A DNA stretch of 64,000 bases from an uncultured Muribaculaceae bacterium (GCA_910587475.1 CAJUMR010000008.1:16947-80946); one strand, 5' to 3'. Shown: positions 18,025 to 26,942, numbered from the stretch's first letter. The notes: generated by a model from the letters alone, not told the origin. Numbers and translations: made by a program.

Positions 18025-19136
18025 TGCTGTCCTTGCCTGTGCTTGTCAAGAAGATATCGTGCCGGTTGCTGCAAAATGACTTGGCGGCGATCGGCATGAT
18101 GTTACTTTTGATCATATCCGCATCGTCTTGCAGAAACAACGACTGCGACACCGACGATTGCATAGTCTACGGCAAGGAGATACTGGATAATGCGGTTGCA
18201 CTGTCCAACAAAGTCATCGAGCTGCCGGATGATTACATTTATGCAAAACGTTTCTGGTTGATTTCCGATACGATGCTCGTTATTGAAAACCGCAAGGAGG
18301 CCGGTAACTTTTTAGACATTGTCAACCCCGTCAACGGCAAGAAATATTCGTCACTGCTGGCCTACGGCGAAGGACCCGAGGAAATGATAATGTGCGGCAT
18401 CTATTATGACGGGCACTATCTCACTGCGGTCGATTATGTCCGTTCAAGATACGCCAGGTTCACTCCCTGTGAAGCGTCGCAACCGGGCTTCAAGCCCCGT
18501 TATATCGACTATCCCAGAGAAATCGGTGTGACAACTCCGCCGATCGGCATTGGAGACACGACTTACATTGTAAATCCTTATCACTACATCAACCGATCGA
18601 ATGATATTGTCCAGGATGTCGACCGATTTTTTGTAATCGATAACAACCGCCCCGACTCTATCGTCATCGAACCAGGGTTATTGTACACCCACAATGTCGA
18701 CCAATCTGTGCCCCTTGTTGATGAAGTCAACCGTCGCATATGGCTGTTCAGAAAAGAACGTTCCATAATCGACATATATGATTATCAGATAAACAACATT
18801 AAGAGCATAAAGATAATAGACGAACTGGATCGAGACCCCGATGTTGTTATCGACGAAAACACCGTTATATATCGCGCAAAATCACCTCGCGCTTATCTAA
18901 GAGCGATCATCGACTATGACAACAGTGAAATTCTGGCGGCTTTCAGTGGCAAACTTTCCAAGCCTGTAATGTCAGAAAAAGTTCCATCCAAAATCCTCGT
19001 TTTCGACCTGGACGGAAACTTCAAGCGGGCATACCAATGCCAATCCTATCTTTACAGCCTGACCAAGACTGCCGAAGGACTCTTTGCAACCGTTTACGAC
19101 GATGAAGACATGCCTGTTTTTGTAAAACTCGAATAA
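18024..19136 (+). CDS. BF3164/TolB-like beta-propeller lipoprotein (copy 2)
   Basis: Paralog of 16100-17212; TGATG overlap with the peptide stop; N-terminal half identical, C-terminal half diverged. Confidence 0.8.
   Translation: MLSLPVLVKKISCRLLQNDLAAIGMMLLLIISASSCRNNDCDTDDCIVYGKEILDNAVALSNKVIELPDDYIYAKRFWLISDTMLVIENRKEAGNFLDIVNPVNGKKYSSLLAYGEGPEEMIMCGIYYDGHYLTAVDYVRSRYARFTPCEASQPGFKPRYIDYPREIGVTTPPIGIGDTTYIVNPYHYINRSNDIVQDVDRFFVIDNNRPDSIVIEPGLLYTHNVDQSVPLVDEVNRRIWLFRKERSIIDIYDYQINNIKSIKIIDELDRDPDVVIDENTVIYRAKSPRAYLRAIIDYDNSEILAAFSGKLSKPVMSEKVPSKILVFDLDGNFKRAYQCQSYLYSLTKTAEGLFATVYDDEDMPVFVKLE
18086..18677 (+). repeat. Direct repeat copy 2 (~592 bp, identical to 16162-16753)
   Basis: By-eye identity with copy 1. 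Confidence 0.85.
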
Positions 19137-19163
19137 AGCATAAGAATCGCTTCTGTTTGTGAC

Positions 19164-19203
19164 AGCGCTGCGGAATAAATATATTGCCGCAGCGCTTTTT
19201 TTT
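19164..19203 (+). terminator. Intrinsic terminator closing the lipoprotein/peptide block
   Basis: agcgctgcgg...ccgcagcgct stem followed by a run of T. Confidence 0.8.
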
Positions 19204-19291
19204 AATCATGTACAACCGCTCCATGGAAACTTAGTGTGTATTTGTGTAATTATAAGCGGATGAAATATTTGGAAAAGCAGATAAAAATGAG

Positions 19292-19299
19292 TAACTTTG
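19292..19299 (+). promoter_or_regulatory. Sigma-A -7 element for rpsF-rpsR-rplI
   Basis: TAACTTTG with an upstream TTTG at 19268-19271. Confidence 0.6.
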
Positions 19300-19354
19300 C
19301 AGTCGGTTTAACCAAATAAACAATTATAAAATTAATAATCAAACGTTTAACCCA

Positions 19355-19717
19355 ATGAAGTACGAAACCGTTTTCATTTTAACTCCCGTTTTGTCTGATG
19401 CTCAGATGAAGGAAGCGGTAGAAAAGTTCAGCAAGGTGCTCACCGACAACGGCGCATCTATCGTGAACACAGAAGAATGGGGTCTGCGCAAGCTCGCTTA
19501 TCCTATCGATAAGAAATCGACAGGCTTTTACTGCCTTCTCGAATTCGATGCAGAGCCGACTCTCGTAAAGAAGCTTGAAACCGCTTATCGCCGTGACGAA
19601 CGCGTGATCCGTTTCCTCACCTTCCGTCTCGACAAATATGCTGCAGAATACGCTGCAAAGCGTCGCAGCCTTAAAGCCAACAAAGACAACGCACCCAAAG
19701 AAGTAAAGGAGGACTAA
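19355..19717 (+). CDS. rpsF: 30S ribosomal protein S6
   Basis: [21 protein letters not shown] and DERVIRFL motifs. Confidence 0.98.
   Translation: MKYETVFILTPVLSDAQMKEAVEKFSKVLTDNGASIVNTEEWGLRKLAYPIDKKSTGFYCLLEFDAEPTLVKKLETAYRRDERVIRFLTFRLDKYAAEYAAKRRSLKANKDNAPKEVKED
19706..19712 (+). promoter_or_regulatory. Shine-Dalgarno sequence (AAGGAGG) upstream of rpsR
   Basis: aaggagg lies 8 nt before the rpsR ATG at 19721. Confidence 0.7.
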
Positions 19718-19720
19718 AAC

Positions 19721-19990
19721 ATGGCACAAGCACAATCAGAAATCCGCTATCTCACCCCGATGTCGGTTGACGTGAAGAAGAAAAAATACTGCCGTTTCAA
19801 ACGCAGCGGAATCAAATATGTAGATTACAAAGATCCTGAATTCCTGAAGAAATTCCTCAATGAGCAGGGTAAGATCCTTCCCCGCCGCATCACCGGAACT
19901 TCTCTGAAATTCCAGCGTCGCGTAGCACAGGCCGTTAAGCGTGCCCGTCACCTTGCGCTCCTTCCCTACGTAGCAGACCTTATGAAATAA
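19721..19990 (+). CDS. rpsR: 30S ribosomal protein S18
   Basis: [16 protein letters not shown] and [13 protein letters not shown] motifs. Confidence 0.98.
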   Translation: MAQAQSEIRYLTPMSVDVKKKKYCRFKRSGIKYVDYKDPEFLKKFLNEQGKILPRRITGTSLKFQRRVAQAVKRARHLALLPYVADLMK

Positions 19991-20012
19991 CTTTAAAAGC
20001 TAAGGAACAACT

Positions 20013-20456
20013 ATGCAGATCATACTTAAAGAAGACGTTCAAGGCCTCGGATACAAGGACGACGTCGTAGAAGTTAAGAACGGTTATGGCCGCAACTACC
20101 TTATCCCTCAGGGCAAGGCTGTTATCGCCACTCCCTCAGCTCTTAAAGTGCTCGCAGAAAACCAGCGTCAGCGCGCTCACAAGCTTGCTAAGATCAAGGC
20201 AGATGCCGAAGCAGCTGCAGCAGCTCTCGAAGGTGTATCGCTTACAATCGGTGCCAAGACCAGCGCAACCGGCACAATCTATGGATCGGTTAACGCTATC
20301 CAGATTGCAGAAGCTCTCGAAAAACTCGGTCACAATGTTGACCGCCGTCAGATCGTGATCAAAGACGCAGTCAAAGAAGTCGGCAAGTACAACGCAACCA
20401 TCAACTTCCACAAGGAAGTGTCGGTTGAAGTGCCCTTCGAGGTCGTTGCCGAATAA
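20013..20456 (+). CDS. rplI: 50S ribosomal protein L9
   Basis: IILKEDVQGLG...VKNGYGRNYLIPQGKA, IYGSV. Confidence 0.98.
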   Translation: MQIILKEDVQGLGYKDDVVEVKNGYGRNYLIPQGKAVIATPSALKVLAENQRQRAHKLAKIKADAEAAAAALEGVSLTIGAKTSATGTIYGSVNAIQIAEALEKLGHNVDRRQIVIKDAVKEVGKYNATINFHKEVSVEVPFEVVAE

Positions 20457-20476
20457 TTTTCCGAAAATATATTTCG

Positions 20477-20516
20477 TAACCGGAATCGCTCAAAAAGCGG
20501 TTACGGTTATTTTTTT
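20477..20516 (+). terminator. Intrinsic terminator after rplI
   Basis: taaccg...cggtta stem followed by a T-tract. Confidence 0.65.
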
Positions 20517-20554
20517 GTTTGTTGGCTGCTTTTTTTATATATTTGCAGCATAAA

Positions 20555-20640
20555 TATCACAAGAGGGGTGCCTGCTCTCAGCAGGCTGAGATTATACCCT
20601 ATGAACTTGATGCGGTTAATGCCGACGAAAGGACTTGTTC
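20555..20640 (+). promoter_or_regulatory. TPP riboswitch (THI element)
   Basis: ggggtgcc...ggctgagattataccc...gaacttgatgcggttaatgccgacgaaagga consensus, upstream of the thi operon; promoter TATATTTG at 20538-20545. Confidence 0.92.
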
Positions 20641-20707
20641 GTAGCCTTGATTTTAGCTTTCCCTGCCGGGAAAGGCGTCCCCCACTAAAATTTTAAATTG
20701 AGGCGAA

Positions 20708-20908
20708 ATGAAAATTTTCCTGAACCAGATTGAAAAGGAGACAGACGACAATGTCTCTCTCCAACAATTGCTTGAGAGCAACGGATTGTCGGCTCCGGGT
20801 ATGGCTGTAGCCGTGAACAACAGAGTGGTCAAGCGTGCTGATTGGCCTGATTTTGTGCTGACTGAAGGCATGGCTGTGACAGTAATAAAGGCAGTGTGCG
20901 GCGGATAA
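20708..20908 (+). CDS. thiS: Sulfur carrier protein ThiS
   Basis: 66 aa ubiquitin-like fold ending in GG; AVAVNNRVV motif. Confidence 0.95.
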   Translation: MKIFLNQIEKETDDNVSLQQLLESNGLSAPGMAVAVNNRVVKRADWPDFVLTEGMAVTVIKAVCGG

Positions 20909-20917
20909 GCTGTCGGA

Positions 20918-21508
20918 GTGATGAAACTGATTGCAATTACGCCGGAGCACACTACAGGCTTTGAACGTCAGGCGATTGTTCGGCTTGTGGAGAGCGGCTT
21001 TCACCGCGTCCATATCAGAAAGCCGCAGTATGGCTTGCCGGAAATGCGCGCCCTGATCGAGTCGTTGCCAGCGTCGGTATATCCTTATCTATCTTTGCAC
21101 GACCATCATATGCTTGCTTTGGACTATGGTCTCGGCGGCGTAAATCTTAATTCACGCAATCGTGAGGTGCCATGCGGGTTCGACGGACTGGTCAGCTGTT
21201 CGTGTCATTCGATTGATGAGATTTGTGCCCGTGAGTGCGACTATTATTTTTTAAGTCCGGTTTTCAACAGCATTTCAAAGCCGGGTTATGTCAGTGCTTT
21301 CTCGAAAAAAGAATTGTCGGATGCCTTGGGTGGACGTTTGTCCGGGCGGGAAGTTTATGCGCTCGGCGGTGTCGACGCCCGTAGTTTGCCAGCCGTGAGG
21401 GAGCTTGGCTTTGCCGGAGCGGCATTGCTCGGCGCGATATGGCGCGGTGACAGTTTTGGCGAAATCGCAAACAATATTGATGAAATATGGAAAAACTTCA
21501 ATTTATAA
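20918..21508 (+). CDS. Thiamine-phosphate synthase/TenI-family paralog
   Basis: HIRKP, SCSCHS, FLSPVFNSISKPGY and YALGGV motifs. Confidence 0.8.
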   Translation: MMKLIAITPEHTTGFERQAIVRLVESGFHRVHIRKPQYGLPEMRALIESLPASVYPYLSLHDHHMLALDYGLGGVNLNSRNREVPCGFDGLVSCSCHSIDEICARECDYYFLSPVFNSISKPGYVSAFSKKELSDALGGRLSGREVYALGGVDARSLPAVRELGFAGAALLGAIWRGDSFGEIANNIDEIWKNFNL

Positions 21509-22104
21509 CACATGTCAATGAGCGCTTTGATCATCTGAGCGGGGCAAAGTCGGCGCTTGACGGCGGTTGCAGGTGGATACAGCTGCGCATGAAAGATGCT
21601 CCCGAACCTACGGTCATAGAGACCGCGCTTAGACTCCGGGCACTGTGTGACAGCTATAATGCGATAATGATTGTCGATGACTATGTGTCGTTGGTAGATA
21701 AAGTCGGAGCCGACGGGGTGCACGTGGGTAAAAATGACATGCCTGTTGCCGAGGTGCGGCGTGTGCTTGGTCCGGGAAAAATTATCGGTGCCACAGCAAA
21801 CACTTTCGACGACCTGAAGTCGGCCTATGAGGCGGGCGCAGATTATGTCGGCATAGGTCCGTTCAGGTTCACTACGACCAAAAAGAAACTCAGCCCGGTA
21901 CTGGGGCTCGAAGGCTACCGCGAAATTATCAGACGGTGCAACGACGAGAATATAAGTTTGCCATCGGTGGCCATCGGTGGCATCACCTCCGAAGACATAA
22001 GTGCCATAATGTCAACCGGAGTCGGCGGAATCGCTGTGTCGGGGGCTATCCTCAATGCAGATGATCCGGTAGCCGAAACGAGAAAAATATTAAACACCCT
22101 CTAA
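21487..22104 (+). CDS. thiE: Thiamine-phosphate synthase
   Basis: [27 protein letters not shown] and VAIGGI motifs. Confidence 0.92.
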   Translation: MEKLQFITHVNERFDHLSGAKSALDGGCRWIQLRMKDAPEPTVIETALRLRALCDSYNAIMIVDDYVSLVDKVGADGVHVGKNDMPVAEVRRVLGPGKIIGATANTFDDLKSAYEAGADYVGIGPFRFTTTKKKLSPVLGLEGYREIIRRCNDENISLPSVAIGGITSEDISAIMSTGVGGIAVSGAILNADDPVAETRKILNTL

Positions 22105-22118
22105 ATCAAATTATAACA

Positions 22119-22889
22119 ATGAAACAACAATTGGAAATCGGCGGACGTGAATTTAAGTCGCGTCTGTTTGTCGGGACAGGTAAATTTCACTCTAACGAAG
22201 TGATGGCGTCGGCGATAGCCGCATCGGGTTCGGAGATGGTCACGGTGGCCATGAAGCGTGTCGATATGGATAATGAAAATGACGATTTGCTCCGGCATAT
22301 CGTCAGACCGGGCATTCAGTTGCTGCCAAACACGTCGGGGGTGCGCGACGCCGAAGAAGCAGTGCTTGCTGCACAACTTGCGCGTGAGGCGTTTGAAACG
22401 AATTTCATAAAACTTGAGATACATCCCGATCCAAAGTACCTGTTGCCTGACCCGGTCGAAACGCTGAAGGCGACAGAAGCGCTTGCGAAGATGGGATTTG
22501 TTGTATTGCCTTACATTCAGGCAGACCCTGTGCTGTGCAAGCGTCTCGAAGAAGCCGGTGCAGCCACGGTGATGCCTTTGGGAGCTCCGATCGGAACCAA
22601 CAAAGGTCTGCTCACCCGTGAACTGCTGTCGATAATCATCGAGCAGAGCCGTGTGCCGGTAGTGGTCGATGCAGGTATCGGAGCTCCGTCTCATGCCGCC
22701 GAGGCGATGGAGATGGGTGCAGATGCGGTGCTTGTCAATACGGCCATTGCGGTTGCCGGCGACCCGGTAAGGATGGCCAAGGCCTTTGCTCAAGCTGTCG
22801 TGGCCGGACGCGAAGCTTATGAAAGCGGACTCGGAGCTGTGGCGTCGCACGCCGATGCAAGCAGCCCTTTGACATCATTTCTTGATTGA
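22119..22889 (+). CDS. thiG: Thiazole synthase
   Basis: [20 protein letters not shown] and VMPLGAPIG motifs. Confidence 0.97.
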   Translation: MKQQLEIGGREFKSRLFVGTGKFHSNEVMASAIAASGSEMVTVAMKRVDMDNENDDLLRHIVRPGIQLLPNTSGVRDAEEAVLAAQLAREAFETNFIKLEIHPDPKYLLPDPVETLKATEALAKMGFVVLPYIQADPVLCKRLEEAGAATVMPLGAPIGTNKGLLTRELLSIIIEQSRVPVVVDAGIGAPSHAAEAMEMGADAVLVNTAIAVAGDPVRMAKAFAQAVVAGREAYESGLGAVASHADASSPLTSFLD

Positions 22890-22894
22890 CGGCC

Positions 22895-24004
22895 ATGTTT
22901 TCAGAGAAATTGAAAAAATACGACTGGGACGATATCAGCAGGCGTATTGAGTCGAAGACATCACGAGATGTCGAGCGGGCTTTGTCGAGTGTGCATCCGA
23001 CCCTCGACGATTTTATGGCGCTTGTGTCACGTGCCGCCGAACCCTATATCGAGAATATGGCTGTGCTAAGCCGCAATATAACGCGGCAACGATTCGGGCG
23101 TGTGATGTCGATGTATATACCGATGTATATAACAAATTCATGTACCAACTCTTGTGTTTACTGTGGCTTCAACCGTCATAACAAGATGCCGCGAGTCGTA
23201 TTGACAGCTGAACAGATAGAGGACGAGTGCAAGGCAATCAGGCAACTTGGCCCGTTTGAAAATCTGCTATTGGTTACCGGTGAAAATCCGGCTGTTGCCG
23301 GAACAGATTATATTGAAGCTGCGCTTAAAGTCTGTCGGCCATATTTCAATAATCTGAGCATCGAGGTGATGCCGTTGTCTCAGGAAGATTATCATCGGCT
23401 GACTCATGCGGGGCTCAATGGCGTGGTTTGTTTTCAGGAAACCTATAACCGCAGCAAGTATAAGGATTACCATCCTGCCGGAATGAAATCAAAATTCGAA
23501 TGGCGCGTCAACGGCTTTGACCGCATGGGCGCGGCAGGTGTACATAAGATAGGGATGGGCGTGCTGATCGGTCTTGAGGACTGGAGGACAGACGTGACAA
23601 TGATGGCTGCTCATCTCCAATATCTGAGAAAAAATTATTGGCGTACGCGCTACAGCGTCAATTTCCCGAGGATGCGTCCCTCGGAAGGGCATTTTCAACC
23701 CAATGTAATAATGAGCGACAGGGAACTGGCACAACTGACGTTTGCATTCAGGATTTTTGACAATGATGTCGACATATCATATTCGACCCGCGAGCGTCCG
23801 TATTTCCGCAATAATATGGCGACTCTCGGCTGTACGTCGATGAGCGCAGGATCCAAGACCGAGCCTGGAGGCTATCATACATATCCGCAGGCTCTTGAGC
23901 AGTTTGAAGTCAGCGATGACCGCACTCCGGCCGAAGTCGAGCGCGACCTCAAGGCCCGCGGGATAGAAGTGGTGTGGAAAGATTGGGATAAAATTTTTGA
24001 CTGA
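22895..24004 (+). CDS. thiH: 2-iminoacetate synthase (radical SAM)
   Basis: CTNSCVYC radical-SAM motif, FQETY, MSAGSKTEPGGY, C-terminal VWKDWD; ATG at 22895 preferred over TTG at 22886. Confidence 0.95.
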   Translation: MFSEKLKKYDWDDISRRIESKTSRDVERALSSVHPTLDDFMALVSRAAEPYIENMAVLSRNITRQRFGRVMSMYIPMYITNSCTNSCVYCGFNRHNKMPRVVLTAEQIEDECKAIRQLGPFENLLLVTGENPAVAGTDYIEAALKVCRPYFNNLSIEVMPLSQEDYHRLTHAGLNGVVCFQETYNRSKYKDYHPAGMKSKFEWRVNGFDRMGAAGVHKIGMGVLIGLEDWRTDVTMMAAHLQYLRKNYWRTRYSVNFPRMRPSEGHFQPNVIMSDRELAQLTFAFRIFDNDVDISYSTRERPYFRNNMATLGCTSMSAGSKTEPGGYHTYPQALEQFEVSDDRTPAEVERDLKARGIEVVWKDWDKIFD

Positions 24005-24707
24005 CTATATGGCTGATGAAAGATATATAAGACAGATTGTCTTACCCGAAATCGGTGATGACGGTCAGCGGAGGTTGAGTGAAGCGTCTGTGATGATAGT
24101 CGGTTTGGGCGGTCTTGGCTCGGTTGTGTCGACATATCTGACCGGTGCAGGCATCGGCAGACTTGTTCTTGCCGATAACGATGTGGTGTCGCTGAGCAAT
24201 CTTCAGCGACAGGTGCTTTACACCGAGGAAGAGGCCGGAATGCCCAAAACAGAGTGTGCGAAACGCAGATTGCAGTCACAGTCTTCATTGGTGAAAATAG
24301 AGACCGTATCAGAAGGTCTGACACCTGAAAATGCTCATGAGCTGATCGCCAATGTCGATATCGTCGTTGATTGCACGGATAATTTCGGGACACGTTATTT
24401 GATAGATGATGTGTGTGCCGGGTGTTCGAAACCTTGGGTCTACGGGTCGATCGGCGCATTTGGAGGTCAAGCATGTGTGTTCAATTACAAGAGCGGCATC
24501 CGCTATGCTGACTTATATCCTAACAGAGATGAACTCATCGGCGTTACATCGGCCGGTAGCGGGGTGCTTGGCCCTGTTCCAGCCGTCATCGGAGCCATCG
24601 AGGCGCTCGAAGCCATCAAGATAATCGCCGGTTTTGGCGAAGTGCTCGACGGCAGGCTGTTTACCGTTGATTTACTGACATTAAAAACTAATATTATTGA
24701 AATTTAG
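23997..24707 (+). CDS. thiF: ThiF/MoeB adenylyltransferase
   Basis: RYIRQI, GLGGLG, SNLQRQ and DCTDNF motifs; start may be 24009. Confidence 0.9.
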   Translation: MTDYMADERYIRQIVLPEIGDDGQRRLSEASVMIVGLGGLGSVVSTYLTGAGIGRLVLADNDVVSLSNLQRQVLYTEEEAGMPKTECAKRRLQSQSSLVKIETVSEGLTPENAHELIANVDIVVDCTDNFGTRYLIDDVCAGCSKPWVYGSIGAFGGQACVFNYKSGIRYADLYPNRDELIGVTSAGSGVLGPVPAVIGAIEALEAIKIIAGFGEVLDGRLFTVDLLTLKTNIIEI

Positions 24708-24709
24708 CA

Positions 24710-25411
24710 ATGAGTAAAGGTTTTGACAAATATGCGACGGCATATGATTCGTGGTTTATGGAGAACAGAAATGTTCTGTACTCAGAAGTAAATCTTGTGG
24801 CGAAAGTGCTTCAGGATGCCGGCCGGGTTCTGTCGGTTGGCTGCGGCAGCGGTCTTTTTGAGATGATAATGCGCAGCGAATACGGCATAGATGTCCGCGA
24901 CGGAATAGAACCATCGTCAGGCATGGCAGAAATTGCCCGGCGCCGCGGAATGAATGTGACGATCGCCACTGCTGAGGAGGCCGAATTCGGCAACGGGCAA
25001 TATGACACAATTCTTTTTAACGGATGTCCAAGTTATATATCTGATCTGGACTCGGTTGTTGAAAAAGCATATGCGTCATTACCACAAGGCGGGCGGATCA
25101 TATTGATCGATGTGCCGAAAGAAAGTGGTTACGGCATGATGTATAATCTTGCCAAGGCGCTCGGCAGCTGGGATCATCCTTTGCTTGAAGGAGTTTATCC
25201 GCCCAACCCTTATCCGATCGAGTTTGTGAAGCTTGCCAATTGGCGGACAAATAAAGACAAGATTGAGATCTTAGAACGCGCAGGTTTCAAAAATCTGAAG
25301 TTCATGCAGACGTTGACCGTTAATCCGTTATATTCTAATATGGCGGTTGAGCAGCCTGTCGAAGGTTATGACCGGGGTGACTATGTTGCCATGACCGCTT
25401 ACAAAATGTGA
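24710..25411 (+). CDS. Class I SAM-dependent methyltransferase
   Basis: VLSVGCGSG motif I, GIEPS, YDTIL and GGRIIL motifs; 2 nt after thiF and 7 nt before tenA. Confidence 0.85.
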   Translation: MSKGFDKYATAYDSWFMENRNVLYSEVNLVAKVLQDAGRVLSVGCGSGLFEMIMRSEYGIDVRDGIEPSSGMAEIARRRGMNVTIATAEEAEFGNGQYDTILFNGCPSYISDLDSVVEKAYASLPQGGRIILIDVPKESGYGMMYNLAKALGSWDHPLLEGVYPPNPYPIEFVKLANWRTNKDKIEILERAGFKNLKFMQTLTVNPLYSNMAVEQPVEGYDRGDYVAMTAYKM

Positions 25412-25418
25412 TTGCTTT

Positions 25419-26063
25419 ATGAGGTGGAGTGAAGAAGCATGGATTGCCGCATCACCGGTATATGAGCGCATTTTGCAGCATCCGTTTGTTACAGCGTTGA
25501 CAGACGGAACTCTCAGCCGTGAGCGTTTTTTGTTTTATTTGAGTCAAGATGCGAAGTATCTCGAAAGCTACAGCCGGGTGTTGGCTCATGTTGCAAGCCG
25601 TCTCACAGAGAGAGACGAAATAGAGTCTTTTCTGAAGTTCGCTCTTGATGGTGTTGCTGTCGAGCGTGCATTGCATGAATCTTTTTTATCAGACTGCAAT
25701 CGCAATGAAATCGCTGTCAGTCCGTCGTGTCTGTCGTATATAAGTTTATTGAAAAGCCAGTCATATGAGCCGGTGGAAGTAGAGGCAGCCTCACTGCTGC
25801 CGTGTTTTTGGATTTACCAGAAAGTAGGTGAGAACATTGCATCAAAATGCAGCCCCGATAACCCCTATTCGCGGTGGATCGAAACATATTCTGACGAGAC
25901 ATTCCGGGCCGCCACTCAAAAGGCGATCGCTCTGTGTGACGACATGGCTGATCGTTCGACAGTTGAAATCCGCAGAAAGATGATTGAAATATTTGTGATG
26001 TGCGCACGGATGGAATGGCAGTTTTGGGACAGTGCGTGGAATCTTGAAAAATGGAAAATATGA
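25419..26063 (+). CDS. tenA: TenA thiaminase II / aminopyrimidine aminohydrolase
   Basis: HPFV...GTL, YLSQDAKYL, LLPCFWIY (catalytic Cys retained) and EWQFWD motifs. Confidence 0.92.
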   Translation: MRWSEEAWIAASPVYERILQHPFVTALTDGTLSRERFLFYLSQDAKYLESYSRVLAHVASRLTERDEIESFLKFALDGVAVERALHESFLSDCNRNEIAVSPSCLSYISLLKSQSYEPVEVEAASLLPCFWIYQKVGENIASKCSPDNPYSRWIETYSDETFRAATQKAIALCDDMADRSTVEIRRKMIEIFVMCARMEWQFWDSAWNLEKWKI

Positions 26064-26875
26064 ACACATATACAAGAACTCTTACGATCGCCGGTAGCGA
26101 CCCGAGCGGTGGAGCCGGATTACAGGCTGATTTGAAGACATTTTCAGCATTGGGTTGTTATGGAATGTCGGTAGTTGTCGCTGTAGTGGATGAAAATACA
26201 GTCGGAGTCAGTGGAGTGCATCCCATACCGGTTGATTTCGTCAAGGGACAGATTGCATCGTGTCTTGATGATATAGGAGCGGATGCCATAAAAATCGGCA
26301 TGCTCCACTCATCTGAACTGATAGAGGCAGTAGCGACAGCTCTCGGGCGTTATAAAATCAGAAACATAGTGCTTGACCCTGTTATGGTTGCGACTTCTGG
26401 GGATGCCCTGTTGCAGAATGATGCAGTCAAGACGCTTGCTGATGTGCTTATTCCCGGTGTCAGGGTGATAACCCCCAATATCCCGGAAGCAGAAATATTG
26501 CTTGGGGCAAAGATCAATTCGCAATCCGAGTTGCCAGATGCGGCCGAAGCGTTGTCGAGCAATGGAAAAGTGTCGGTTTTGCTAAAAGCGGGACATCTGG
26601 ACGATAATGAACTGATAGATGTGTTTTTTAATGCAGAGACCCGAAAAATCACTAAGTTGAGTTCCCGGCGTCTTGAGACGGTAAACACTCATGGCACCGG
26701 ATGCACGTTGTCCTCGGCATTCGCTGCATTTTTAGCCAAAGGATACAGTCTCGACGATGCCGCTGCAGCAGCCAAGCAGTATATCTCCGAGGCCATAGAG
26801 TCGGGCTCTTTATATACGATCGGGCATGGTCACGGACCTGTGAATCATTTCTACCGGTTATGGGACAAGCTCTGA
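26060..26875 (+). CDS. thiD: Hydroxymethylpyrimidine/phosphomethylpyrimidine kinase
   Basis: LTIAGSDPSGGAGLQADLKT, LDPVMVATSG, NTHGTGCTLS and GHGHGPVNH motifs; start 26051 or 26060. Confidence 0.95.
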   Translation: MNTYTRTLTIAGSDPSGGAGLQADLKTFSALGCYGMSVVVAVVDENTVGVSGVHPIPVDFVKGQIASCLDDIGADAIKIGMLHSSELIEAVATALGRYKIRNIVLDPVMVATSGDALLQNDAVKTLADVLIPGVRVITPNIPEAEILLGAKINSQSELPDAAEALSSNGKVSVLLKAGHLDDNELIDVFFNAETRKITKLSSRRLETVNTHGTGCTLSSAFAAFLAKGYSLDDAAAAAKQYISEAIESGSLYTIGHGHGPVNHFYRLWDKL

Positions 26876-26896
26876 GGCGCTGTTCATGAAACCGGC

Positions 26897-26930
26897 AAAA
26901 AAAATGGAGGACACTTGGTCCTCCATTTTT
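26897..26930. terminator. Bidirectional intrinsic terminator
   Basis: aaaaatggaggac-acttg-gtcctccattttt between convergent genes. Confidence 0.8.
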
Positions 26931-26942
26931 AATATCAGGATA

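Noticed and set aside
11500..19300. Possible mobile element or RiPP cluster explaining the AT-rich block
   Set aside because: No integrase, transposase, att repeats, modification enzyme or peptide exporter is visible.
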